From a phage: a stretch of 44,330 bases of DNA. Made by a program: the position numbers and the translations under genes. This document shows positions 1 to 8,630 of the stretch, one piece after another. The notes beneath the pieces are model-generated. The model saw only the letters and a list, made by a program, of their open reading frames with translations, searched no databases and was not told where the DNA came from. The stretch is from the sequence record PZ527900.1; one strand, given 5' to 3'. How positions within the stretch are numbered: the first letter of the stretch is position 1; each line of letters opens with the position of its first letter.

Positions 1-403
1 TATCTAACCTAGGTCGAGTGCGTAGTGCTAAGGGCGTGCTCAAGGAGTTCATTCAAGATAACGGATACGTTGCCGTGATGTTAGGTGCTGGTGTGCGTAA
101 ACTGGTACACCGCTTAGTGGCTGTAGCATTTGTAGCTAATCCAGAAGGGAACCAGAGGTTAATCATAAAGACCATGTGCGCCATCACAATATGGCAGTTA
201 ACCTTGAATGGGTTACACGACAAGAGAATATCGATCACTCAAACAACATTACTACCTTCCGTTTAAGAAACGAAATAACAGGTGAAGTTGTAGAAGGGCG
301 TAATTTGGCAGCCTTCGCTAAAGAGCGAGGTTTAATTTATCCCAATCTCAATAAAGTAAATACAGGTGTGCGTCGTTCGCATAAAGGATGGGTAAAAGCA
401 TGA
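1..403 (+). CDS. HNH homing endonuclease, continuation of the ORF that starts at 44233; reading frame broken by a 1-nt indel near 148-152 (ORF pieces 18-266 and 176-403)
   Basis: Frame 0 gives VSNLGRVRS...GYVAVML...VHRLVAVAFVANPEG; the +2 frame continues EVNHKDHVRHHNMAVNLEWVTRQENIDHS, a His-Asn-His motif. Neither frame alone gives a full-length protein. Confidence 0.6.
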
Positions 404-2388
404 GCATTATTCAGAACGTTGGTTGTCCTGAGTGCATGAAAAACAACCACGATAAATCGCAGAACCACTTGATGATTTTCGAAGATGGTGCGGGTTACTG
501 CAATCGTTCACATTTCCATGACAATGGCAGACCATATTACCACAAGCCAGAAGGCGGCATTGAAATAACCGAATTACCTATTACTGGCAACATCAAATAT
601 ACACCTTCTCAATTCAAAGAGGTGGAGAAGGAAGGGAAGATAAGCGACCCTAAACTACGCGCCATCGCACTTGGCGGTATGCGTATGAAAGACCGCTGGG
701 AGGTTATGAATGAGCAAGAAAGGGCAGACCAAGAAGCAGAATGGAAACTTGATGTTGAATGGTTCCGCACGCTTAAGCGTAAGAACCTTGTTTCCAGACA
801 CATTCGCGGCGACATTTGCGCATTGTATGATGTACGTGTCGGACACGATGAAGAGGGTAGAGTCTCACGGCATTACTACCCACGCTTCGAGAAGGGTGAG
901 CTAGTAGGTGCCAAGTGCCGTACTTTACCTAAAGATTTTAAGTTTGGACACCTAGGTAAACTCTTTGGTATGCAAGACCTTTTCGGGATGAATACTTTGT
1001 CTCACGTGTTAGACAAGGGAAGACGAAAGGATTGCTTGCTTATTGTAGGTGGTGAACTTGATGCACTAGCAGCCCAGCAGATGCTACTTGATTCTGCCAA
1101 GGGCACTAAGTGGGAAGGGCAACCTTATCATGTATGGTCTGTTAACAAGGGGGAGTCTTGCCTTGAAGAAATAGTGCAGAACCGTGAACACATTGCCCAA
1201 TTCAAAAAGATTATTTGGGGTTTTGATGGAGATGAGGTAGGGCAGAAGCAGAATCAGCAAGCGGCTCGCCTGTTTCCCGGCAAATCCTATATTCTTGAGT
1301 ACCCTTCTGGTTGCAAAGATGCTAACAAGGCATTGATGGCTGGCAAGGCTAAAGAGTTTGTGGATGCTTGGTTTAATGCAAAATCATCTGATGAAGTCTT
1401 TGGTAGCCAGATTAAATCTATCGCATCTCAAAGGGATAAGTTGAAGGCTGCACGACCAGAGCAAGGGCTGTCATGGCCTTGGCCTAAGCTGAATAAGGTA
1501 ACACTGGGTATTCGTAAGAACCAGCTTATTATTGTAGGTGCAGGCTCTGGTGTAGGTAAGACCGAGTTCCTTCGTGAAGTAGTTAAGCACCTCATCGAAG
1601 AACATGGTGAATCTGTAGGTATCATTTCTACGGAAGACCCGATGGTCAAGGTATCCCGTGCTTTTATCGGTAAGTGGATTGATAAGCGCATTGAACTACC
1701 GCCAACCAACGACCCGAAAGAGGATGGATACCGCGAGGTGTTCGACTATACCGAGGAAGAAGCTAACGCTGCCATTGACTATGTAGCTGATACAGGGAAG
1801 CTGTTTGTGGCTGACCTAGAAGGTGATTATTCAATGGAGAAGGTAGAGCAGACTTGCCTTGAGTTTGAAGCTATGGGTATTTCTAATATCATCATTGATA
1901 ACTTAACGGGGATTAAACTAGATGAGCGTGCTTTTGGTGGGAAGGTTGGTGCACTTGATGAATGCGTCAAGCGGATTGGTACTATCAAAGACCGACACCC
2001 AGTTACTATATTCCTTGTATCACACCTTACACGTCCTGCGGGGAACCGCACCCAGCACGAAGAAGGTGGCGAGGTTATCCTTTCTGACTTCCGAGGCTCA
2101 GGCGCTATCGGATTCTGGGCATCTTACGCCTTGGGGATTGAGCGTAACACAAGAGCTGAAACGCTTGACGAAAGGACTACCACGTACATCTCGTGTGTCA
2201 AAGATCGCGACCAAGGTATCTTCACCGGAACCAAGATTATGCTTAAGGGTGACATTCAAACCGGTCGTTTGAGAGAACCACAGGCTAGAACAAGGTCATT
2301 TGATACAGGTGAAGCAAGGCAACAAGAAGTGCCTGATTTACCGGACACTATAGAAGAGACAACCTTTGATGATGAACAGGAGTTTTGA
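388..2388 (+). CDS. DNA primase/helicase (T7 gp4-like)
   Basis: N-terminal Cys-rich zinc ribbon (CPEC...YCNRSH), Walker A GAGSGVGKTEF, helicase motifs SHLTRPAGNRTQHEEGG and DFRGSGAIGF, acidic C-terminus ending DDEQEF. In-frame ATG at 400 is an alternative start. Confidence 0.9.
   Translation: MGKSMSIIQNVGCPECMKNNHDKSQNHLMIFEDGAGYCNRSHFHDNGRPYYHKPEGGIEITELPITGNIKYTPSQFKEVEKEGKISDPKLRAIALGGMRMKDRWEVMNEQERADQEAEWKLDVEWFRTLKRKNLVSRHIRGDICALYDVRVGHDEEGRVSRHYYPRFEKGELVGAKCRTLPKDFKFGHLGKLFGMQDLFGMNTLSHVLDKGRRKDCLLIVGGELDALAAQQMLLDSAKGTKWEGQPYHVWSVNKGESCLEEIVQNREHIAQFKKIIWGFDGDEVGQKQNQQAARLFPGKSYILEYPSGCKDANKALMAGKAKEFVDAWFNAKSSDEVFGSQIKSIASQRDKLKAARPEQGLSWPWPKLNKVTLGIRKNQLIIVGAGSGVGKTEFLREVVKHLIEEHGESVGIISTEDPMVKVSRAFIGKWIDKRIELPPTNDPKEDGYREVFDYTEEEANAAIDYVADTGKLFVADLEGDYSMEKVEQTCLEFEAMGISNIIIDNLTGIKLDERAFGGKVGALDECVKRIGTIKDRHPVTIFLVSHLTRPAGNRTQHEEGGEVILSDFRGSGAIGFWASYALGIERNTRAETLDERTTTYISCVKDRDQGIFTGTKIMLKGDIQTGRLREPQARTRSFDTGEARQQEVPDLPDTIEETTFDDEQEF
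2334..2360 (+). promoter_or_regulatory. phage RNAP promoter P12, intragenic
   Basis: GATTTACCGGACACTATAGAAGAG inside the 3' end of the primase-helicase gene; the codons encode PDLPDTIEET. Confidence 0.6.
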
Positions 2389-2549
2389 TGGAAATTATTA
2401 AACCAGTATTGAATATCGGTATTGACATCCTATTCATGCTTATGATTGCAGATTATGCTGCACGCTATGGATTCAAGAAAGCAGTGAAACTTATCATTGC
2501 ATCTGGTTTTATTATGTCAATGTTCTTTATTGTAACACGGTTTATCTAG
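2388..2549 (+). CDS. small hydrophobic protein (53 aa)
   Basis: ATG overlaps the helicase stop (TGATG); AGGAG 5 nt upstream; product MEIIKPVLNIGIDILFMLMIADYA... is membrane-like. Below the 60-aa ORF-track cutoff. Confidence 0.45.
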   Translation: MEIIKPVLNIGIDILFMLMIADYAARYGFKKAVKLIIASGFIMSMFFIVTRFI

Positions 2550-2566
2550 TGTATTTATCAGGGCTT

Positions 2567-2582
2567 GTCTCACATGCGAGAC
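2567..2582. repeat. 16-bp palindrome variant GTCTCACATGCGAGAC (copy 1 of 6, one mismatch)
   Basis: Extended stem GGGCTTGTCTCACATGCGAGACAGGCTC followed by TTATT; lies between the 53-aa ORF and gene 2622. Confidence 0.7.
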
Positions 2583-2621
2583 AGGCTCTTATTAAGTACA
2601 TTAAATAACTGGAGATTGATT

Positions 2622-3305
2622 ATGTGTAAATTAGTATTGAATGTAGGTGACAAGGTTCGTAATGTAAACAAGTATTCCCCTTACAAGGGGGAGGTCGGTG
2701 TAGTAATCAATGAAGACAAAGATATTTACTATGTACGTTACCAACAAAGCCAGGCAGAACAAGGATATCTTAAACTTAGTGCTCACAAACATCTTACAAA
2801 GATTGAAGAACCAACACATCAATGCAAGTGTGTACATGATGAGATTTGCGATAAGTGTGCTAGCCAGATGCAGAAAATGGTATTGCATCACCACATGTAC
2901 AGAGGTGGTATTCAAACCTTAGCAGAGTATATGGCAGAAAGAAAAACCACACTCAAGAAGGAGCGCCGCAATGTAATCACTGGTAAGACTCAAAGTGAAA
3001 TGATTAAGCAGTGCGGTACTGCATTAGGTGTTACACAGTTTAACACCCGTGCTCTAGGTAAATCGACAGGACAAGCTATGGTAAAGATTGGTGAAGCTAT
3101 GATGCACCCAAATGTACCTGTGCGAATCGCGGATGTGGACCATGCAATCACAGAACATGGCACACCTCGTCATGTAGCTAATAAGAACTTTGCAGCTATA
3201 GTTAATCATATTATCAAGAAGCAAGGTTTACTTGGCTTTATTGTTAATGAAGCTCATCTAGTCTACTGCCCTATCGTTACTGAAGAAACCTACGTGAATA
3301 TCTAA
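2622..3305 (+). CDS. hypothetical protein (227 aa); Cys/His-rich middle segment
   Basis: ATG at 2622 has GGAG 7 nt upstream; the ORF-track start at 2565 lies inside a palindrome hairpin and is unlikely. Segment HQCKCVHDEICDKC suggests metal binding. Confidence 0.6.
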   Translation: MCKLVLNVGDKVRNVNKYSPYKGEVGVVINEDKDIYYVRYQQSQAEQGYLKLSAHKHLTKIEEPTHQCKCVHDEICDKCASQMQKMVLHHHMYRGGIQTLAEYMAERKTTLKKERRNVITGKTQSEMIKQCGTALGVTQFNTRALGKSTGQAMVKIGEAMMHPNVPVRIADVDHAITEHGTPRHVANKNFAAIVNHIIKKQGLLGFIVNEAHLVYCPIVTEETYVNI

Positions 3306-3314
3306 GGAGTTACT

Positions 3315-3542
3315 ATGGCTACTAAAGTTTTAATATGTAAGACTGAAATAACACCTACAGGTTTAGCATATGGGGTGGTAACACCTTTTGGAGTTAAGCC
3401 TTATTTTATTAAAGAACTTGCAATTGTAGGTGCTGCTGCCTCTACATCGTTTCAGCAAGAATTGAGAGGTAAGCAGACAGAGTGGGAGTTCCGTCAGAAG
3501 AATAAAGTTGTAGGGTTTTTCATGGTGGAGGCTGAACGCTAA
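3315..3542 (+). CDS. hypothetical protein (75 aa)
   Basis: ORF with AAGGAG upstream, tightly packed with neighbours. Confidence 0.5.
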   Translation: MATKVLICKTEITPTGLAYGVVTPFGVKPYFIKELAIVGAAASTSFQQELRGKQTEWEFRQKNKVVGFFMVEAER

Positions 3543-3543
3543 T

Positions 3544-3792
3544 ATGTCTAAACACAGCCTTAAGATGTTTGATGGTCATGAAGATCTGCAAGCACAAATC
3601 ACTAACCAAGCCTTCCTGTTTGCACAGCTAACTATGGCTGAAGCAAAGAAGAATAGCCTGACGCGTGAGCAGGTTATCAAAGAGGCAACTTGGGAGCCAC
3701 ACCAAGGTAAATACATGGGCCAGAAATTAACTGTAACACGCAGTCGTGGTGCTACTCGTCGTATCAAAAACCACAGAAGTGGTGCTCGCTAG
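3544..3792 (+). CDS. hypothetical protein (82 aa)
   Basis: ORF starting 2 nt after the previous stop (translational coupling). Confidence 0.5.
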   Translation: MSKHSLKMFDGHEDLQAQITNQAFLFAQLTMAEAKKNSLTREQVIKEATWEPHQGKYMGQKLTVTRSRGATRRIKNHRSGAR

Positions 3793-3857
3793 TCGATAAG
3801 TCAAGGGTTGTCCAACGTGTTGGACAGCCTCTTTATCATATTGATCGGAGGTATTAA

Positions 3858-4010
3858 ATGACTAAGTTTACTATGCAAGACCTCATTAAACTACGTGATG
3901 AAATAGAATCACCGGAAGTTAATACAGAGTTTCACTACATTGATCCACGAGATAAACGAGAGATACCTGACTATCAGATTGAGACGGAGTTAATGTATGA
4001 AGACTATTAA
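3858..4010 (+). CDS. hypothetical acidic protein (50 aa)
   Basis: GGAGG 5 nt upstream of ATG 3858; below the ORF-track length cutoff. Confidence 0.4.
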   Translation: MTKFTMQDLIKLRDEIESPEVNTEFHYIDPRDKREIPDYQIETELMYEDY

Positions 4011-4215
4011 GCTAAGTAAGGTTTGCTCTTGCGGTAAAGGCTATCGTAGTCGTATTGATGGTAAGTGCGGACATTGCAGGTCTAAGAAAGAGGCTGCTTT
4101 GTTTGATAAGTACCACAATGAATTAGCATATAACTATCCTCATCTAACACCTAATTCTTTATTAGGGCTTGGTTATAGGGCTAAATACTTTGGGGCCATC
4201 TATGAAATCAATTGA
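3997..4215 (+). CDS. hypothetical small Cys-rich protein (72 aa)
   Basis: GGAG 7 nt upstream of ATG; CSCGKGYRSRIDGKCGHC looks like a zinc ribbon; overlaps neighbours by about 14 nt on each side. Confidence 0.4.
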   Translation: MKTIKLSKVCSCGKGYRSRIDGKCGHCRSKKEAALFDKYHNELAYNYPHLTPNSLLGLGYRAKYFGAIYEIN

Positions 4216-6748
4216 TTGGAAGAAGGAAGCAGAAGGCCGTATCCTTGTAATGGATGCGGAAGCTAAAGGTCTGCTTGACGCTATCCGCTATGGTCATCGT
4301 GAAGATGTACACATCATTTGCTGCATGGATTTGCTTACTACCGAGGAATTCTTATTCTTCGACCCTTATGAGATGCGTGACCCTGAAGCAAGGGAACGCC
4401 TGAAGGAGTGGGAAGGCCATCAAGATGGTGACTTAGTTGATGGTGTTAACTTCCTGAAGCACTGTGAAGCTATCGTGTCGCAAAACTTCCTAGGGTATGA
4501 CGGTCTTCTCTTTGAGAAAGCATTCCCTACTATCTGGAAGGGCTTTAACTATACCGAGAGGCGAGGCAAGGGCAGACTCCGCGCTGACCTGTGTCCTGTG
4601 CGAGTCATGGACACGCTGGTCATGAGCCGCCTGTTAAACCCAGACAGACGCCTTCCTCCTCAAGCATACGCCAAAGGTATGGGTAACGTCGCCCCTCACT
4701 CAATTGAAGCGCACGGCATCCGTATAGGCCGTTATAAGCCGGAGAATGAGGATTGGTCTAAGCTAACCGACCACATGGTTCACCGTGTACGTGAAGACGT
4801 GGCGATTGGTCGTGACCTTTTTCTCTGGCTATTTAACGGAGAATGGACGGAGCACAAACGCCGTGGCGTGAACAAACGTACTGGCCTAGGCATTGAGACT
4901 GCCTTCCACATGGAGTCCATTGTAGCGCTGGAGATGAGCCGTCAGGCCGAGCGCGGATTCCGTCTGGACATCGACAAAGCGTTAGCGCGATGCGAAGAAC
5001 TGGACGCTAAGATTGATGAGACAGTCGCAGCGTTCCGCCCACACATGCCTATGCGTATCAAGTCTAAACCTTTTAAACCGGAAGAAAAGAATGAAGTATG
5101 CCAACGCGCAAATGAGTATGGAGCTAGCAACAATATACCTACTGTCCTTGACCCCTCTCACTTTCTCCACGCAGAGAGACGAGGAGATCGCAAGACAGTA
5201 TGGAGTGTCACTACTAAGTCTGGTGATTGGTCGGCTAGTGTCAAGAAAGACTTTCCTCACCTTAGAGGAAACCGTAATGACACGCCAAGTATCAAGTGGG
5301 TCGGCGCTTACTCTCCCGTCACGTTTGAAGAGATTCCCTTGGGAAACCGTGACACCGTTAAGCAAGTGCTCTATGACTATGGCTGGAAAGGTGTGGAGTT
5401 CAACGATACAGAGCAAGCCTATCTTGATGAAAATGGTGTCCTACCTAAGCCTTGGAGTGGTAAGATAAATGAAAAGTCCCTTACTCTATGGCAAGAAAGA
5501 GCCGCACGTGAAGGTAAAACAGTCCCTGATTGGTGCTTGGGTATCGCTGCATGGTACATACTCGTATCCCGTCGTGGTCAGATACTCAACCGTGGTGACG
5601 TTGAAGCCTTCAACGAGAAAGGAACGTGGCCCTCTCAGGCTGGTGTACGAAAGTGTCGCGGCCTTGTACCTGTAGCATTTAACAAGGAGTTAGGAATCAA
5701 TGCGCAGCAATACTACGAGAGGTATGGGTGTTGGCCTACGTCTGACAAGGATGACGGAGAGTGGCGTGTGCCAGCTATTGCTATTAGCATTGGCACTTCT
5801 ACGTTCCGTATGCGTCATCGTAACGTGGTTAATATTCCTGCCCGTGGCTTGTATCCTTTACGTGATTTATTCATAGCAGGGAAAGGAAAGTTAATCCTTG
5901 GTTGTGATGGTGCAGGTCTTGAACTGCGTGTACTGTCTCACTTCATGAATGACCCTGAGTACCAAGATATTGTACTGCATGGTGATATCCATACTCATAA
6001 CCAGATGAAGGCCGGTCTTCCTAAGCGTGACATGGCGAAGACATTTATATATGCATTCCTCTATGGTTCTGGTATAGCTAACCTTGCAGCAGTATGTGGT
6101 GTTACTGAGGAAGAAATGAAGGAGGTTGTGGCAAGATTTGAGATTGAACTACCATCTCTTGCACGTCTTCGTGAAAATGTTATTGCACAAGGTAACAAGT
6201 TTGGCTACCTGCAAGCACCTGATGGACATTGGGGTCGCATCCGCATGTCTGGTGGTGAACTTAAAGAGCACACTATGCTTAACGTATTGCTACAGATGAC
6301 GGGTTCTTTGTGTATGAAATATGCATTGGTCAAGGCGTTTGCAGTGATGCGCAAGGAAGGTGTGGCTCTAGATAGCATGGGGAACCCTTGTGGTGTAGCT
6401 AACGTGCACGATGAGATTCAGATGGAAGTACCCGAAGATGAAGTCTTGTATCTTAACTACGACCTACCTTTCACCTTAGAGGGTTTTGAAACAGAGAAGG
6501 CTGCTGTGAAAGCAGTGTTCGATGCAGAGGAGAAACGCGTGCATGTGGACTCTGAGGGGCGCATGTGGTCTGCTGCTAACTTGGTTGAAGTGGATGCTGA
6601 TGCTGGTGTACTCCATTGCCAGCGTCGTTATCACCGTGCAGGGCATATCATTGCAGACGCCATGACTTGGGCTGGTCAGTATCTTAAGATGCGTTGCCCG
6701 ATGGCAGGCGAGTACAAGATTGGTGCAAGTTGGAAGGAGACACACTGA
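4202..6748 (+). CDS. DNA polymerase, family A (T7 gp5-like)
   Basis: Exo motif VMDAEAKGL; Pol I motif A LILGCDGAGLELRVLSHF; motif B RDMAKTFIYAFLYGSG; motif C VHDEIQMEV. Start set at the first in-frame ATG (MKSIDW...); the ORF-track start at 4169 is TTG. Confidence 0.9.
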   Translation: MKSIDWKKEAEGRILVMDAEAKGLLDAIRYGHREDVHIICCMDLLTTEEFLFFDPYEMRDPEARERLKEWEGHQDGDLVDGVNFLKHCEAIVSQNFLGYDGLLFEKAFPTIWKGFNYTERRGKGRLRADLCPVRVMDTLVMSRLLNPDRRLPPQAYAKGMGNVAPHSIEAHGIRIGRYKPENEDWSKLTDHMVHRVREDVAIGRDLFLWLFNGEWTEHKRRGVNKRTGLGIETAFHMESIVALEMSRQAERGFRLDIDKALARCEELDAKIDETVAAFRPHMPMRIKSKPFKPEEKNEVCQRANEYGASNNIPTVLDPSHFLHAERRGDRKTVWSVTTKSGDWSASVKKDFPHLRGNRNDTPSIKWVGAYSPVTFEEIPLGNRDTVKQVLYDYGWKGVEFNDTEQAYLDENGVLPKPWSGKINEKSLTLWQERAAREGKTVPDWCLGIAAWYILVSRRGQILNRGDVEAFNEKGTWPSQAGVRKCRGLVPVAFNKELGINAQQYYERYGCWPTSDKDDGEWRVPAIAISIGTSTFRMRHRNVVNIPARGLYPLRDLFIAGKGKLILGCDGAGLELRVLSHFMNDPEYQDIVLHGDIHTHNQMKAGLPKRDMAKTFIYAFLYGSGIANLAAVCGVTEEEMKEVVARFEIELPSLARLRENVIAQGNKFGYLQAPDGHWGRIRMSGGELKEHTMLNVLLQMTGSLCMKYALVKAFAVMRKEGVALDSMGNPCGVANVHDEIQMEVPEDEVLYLNYDLPFTLEGFETEKAAVKAVFDAEEKRVHVDSEGRMWSAANLVEVDADAGVLHCQRRYHRAGHIIADAMTWAGQYLKMRCPMAGEYKIGASWKETH

Positions 6749-6759
6749 GTTATACTCAA

Positions 6760-6780
6760 GGTCACTTAAGAGTGGCCTTT
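6760..6780 (+). terminator. weak hairpin plus T-tract after the DNA polymerase gene
   Basis: GGTCACTTAAGAGTGGCC (7-bp stem, 4-nt loop) followed by TTTAT; shares GAGTGGCCTTT with the post-RNAP terminator at 43781. Confidence 0.3.
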
Positions 6781-6814
6781 ATGAATAACTTATTCCTACT
6801 TATTTTGTCTAACA

Positions 6815-6840
6815 TGATTTACTGGACACTATAGAAGGAA
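6815..6840 (+). promoter_or_regulatory. phage RNAP promoter P1
   Basis: ATTTACTGGACACTATAGAAGG; one substituted block (ACTGG for AGGTG) relative to the SP6 promoter ATTTAGGTGACACTATAGAAG. Confidence 0.8.
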
Positions 6841-6903
6841 AGCCTAGGTAATCTAGGTTTATAAGGTAGTATAGGTAATTAAGTAAATATAGGAGATATA
6901 AAT

Positions 6904-7281
6904 ATGTCTATGGTAACTACTCTGGTTTTCGTAGCTCAATACTTTCGTGGTCTGGCTAATAAATTCAAGGCCAAGGCTATCAAAGCTATTGAGTCCCGCA
7001 TCGAGGCAGTACAGGAGGAGCAGGTTGAAGTTGAGGAACATCGCAGCTCTCAAATGATTGACTGCCACAATCGCTACTATGCCTCTCGTGATGACCTCAA
7101 TGCACGTCAAGTCAAAGAGGTTGAAGAGATGTTAGCACGTCACCAGCAAGAGCGTGACAACCTGAAAGCGGATTTCGAAGAGAACAAGGCATCCATTGCG
7201 CTTGTACATCAAGCTGCATCTGACAGCCTGAAGAAAGAGATTGTTATGCTGGAAATGGAGTTAGACAATCTGACCAAGTAA
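6904..7281 (+). CDS. hypothetical coiled-coil protein (125 aa)
   Basis: AGGAG 8 nt upstream; Glu/Lys/Gln-rich heptad-like sequence; lies between P1 and P2. Confidence 0.6.
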   Translation: MSMVTTLVFVAQYFRGLANKFKAKAIKAIESRIEAVQEEQVEVEEHRSSQMIDCHNRYYASRDDLNARQVKEVEEMLARHQQERDNLKADFEENKASIALVHQAASDSLKKEIVMLEMELDNLTK

Positions 7282-7302
7282 TTACTGGACACTATAGAAC
7301 AA
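7278..7302 (+). promoter_or_regulatory. phage RNAP promoter P2
   Basis: TAATTACTGGACACTATAGAAC; overlaps the stop of the preceding gene. Confidence 0.7.
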
Positions 7303-7488
7303 TAGGGCGTGGGTTTGTCAGAGACAGTAAATCCAAGGTGCTCAGTGAGCGTAAAGCCTAAGCACGTCCTATGATTGTAAAGTGTTGAACCCTATTGTGC
7401 ATCTTGCACAACCCGACTCCATCGGGCTTTCTAGTGAGTACATGCTTGTGCTCAGTACAAAGCTAACTGACAATAGGAGACTAAATAA

Positions 7489-8298
7489 ATGGCACGTGGT
7501 GATTTTGATTTTGGTGCTCAGGTTACTAAAGCTGAAGGTAAAGTATTTAAGAACCCTGAAGTTGGTGATCATGAAGCAGTAATCTCTGGTATCATTCATG
7601 TTGGTTCCTTCCAAGATATTTTTAAGAAAGGTAATACCACTGAAGTTAAGAAGCCAGCAAACTTTGTTCTTGTTAAGATTGTCTTGATGGGCGATGATGA
7701 CAAGAATGAAGATGATTCTCGCATGGAACAATGGATGCCTGTACCGCTGAAGTCTGGTGACAAGGCAACACTGACTAAGTTCCTGAATGCAGTTGACCCT
7801 AAAGAATTGCTGGGTGGCTTCGATGACTTCATTGGCGAATGTCTGACTGCAACTATGGTTGGCTCTGGAGACAAGAATGACGATGGCTCATTCAAGTATG
7901 TTAACTGGAAAGGTTTTGGTGGTATGCCAGACAAGCTGAAGAAACTTGTTATTGCTCAGGTAGAAGAAGAAGGTTTGGCTATGACAGGTCACATTACCTT
8001 CGACAAGCTGACCAAAGAAATCATTGATGACATTCCTGCTAATCTGGTACGTCAATACCTCTTGAATGAGACACCTCGTGGTAAGAACCTGTCTGTTGCT
8101 GGCTCTCACGTAGAAGCAATCATTAAAGCTGCTCGTGAAGAAGACCCAGAATGGAAGAAGGCTAAGAAGAAAGACGAAGAAGAAGATGCTACTCCGGCTA
8201 ATCGTAAATCTCTGGACACTGGTGAGTCTGTTCCACAGGAAGTACCAGAAGCGGACAATGCGCCTGCACCGGAAATGGATGAGGACGCGGAATATTAA
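7489..8298 (+). CDS. hypothetical protein with acidic C-terminal tail (269 aa); possible ssDNA-binding-type replication protein
   Basis: AGGAGA 8 nt upstream; Lys/Asp-rich; ends PEMDEDAEY (acidic tail with terminal aromatic). Function is a guess from the tail and genomic position. Confidence 0.6.
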   Translation: MARGDFDFGAQVTKAEGKVFKNPEVGDHEAVISGIIHVGSFQDIFKKGNTTEVKKPANFVLVKIVLMGDDDKNEDDSRMEQWMPVPLKSGDKATLTKFLNAVDPKELLGGFDDFIGECLTATMVGSGDKNDDGSFKYVNWKGFGGMPDKLKKLVIAQVEEEGLAMTGHITFDKLTKEIIDDIPANLVRQYLLNETPRGKNLSVAGSHVEAIIKAAREEDPEWKKAKKKDEEEDATPANRKSLDTGESVPQEVPEADNAPAPEMDEDAEY

Positions 8299-8307
8299 GG
8301 AGGACGG

Positions 8308-8526
8308 ATGAAAGTACAAATCGTAACCCTGCACTGCAAGCGTGGCATTACTACCCTCGGCGGCACAACTTTTCACTCCTTCTCTGAAGGGGAGACATAC
8401 GCCGACCTGCACTACATCTGGCGCGATGGACAGCACGTGGTGAACTACAGCGACCCAGCTACTGGGAAACGCCACGGCGTGTCGCTTCCGGCGCATGACA
8501 TTGCGCAGGTGAACACAGTTTTATAA
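8308..8526 (+). CDS. hypothetical protein (72 aa)
   Basis: Strong RBS TAAGGAGGA; followed immediately by a palindrome and promoter P3. Confidence 0.55.
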   Translation: MKVQIVTLHCKRGITTLGGTTFHSFSEGETYADLHYIWRDGQHVVNYSDPATGKRHGVSLPAHDIAQVNTVL

Positions 8527-8527
8527 A

Positions 8528-8543
8528 GTCTCACGTGTGAGAC
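8528..8543. repeat. 16-bp palindrome GTCTCACGTGTGAGAC (copy 2 of 6)
   Basis: Perfect inverted repeat starting 2 nt after the stop at 8526 and 15 nt upstream of P3. Confidence 0.8.
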
Positions 8544-8556
8544 AAATCGGTGTCCG

Positions 8557-8582
8557 GTATTTACTGGACACTATAGAAGAGA
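8557..8582 (+). promoter_or_regulatory. phage RNAP promoter P3
   Basis: TATTTACTGGACACTATAGAAGAG. Confidence 0.8.
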
Positions 8583-8630
8583 AGAATTTTAATCGGCGAT
8601 AATGCCATAACCAACAAAAGGAGAATTAAT

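Noticed and set aside
2565-2621. ORF-track start of gene 2565-3305 at position 2565
   Set aside because: That start sits inside the palindrome hairpin and has no RBS; ATG at 2622 has GGAG 7 nt upstream.
5013-5468. 151-aa plus-strand ORF in an alternative frame inside the DNA polymerase gene
   Set aside because: Fully nested in the polymerase reading frame, which carries the conserved motifs; no independent start signals.
7382-7582. 66-aa ORF in the leader upstream of gene 7489
   Set aside because: No RBS, overlaps the start of the real gene, and lies in a region better explained as a structured leader.
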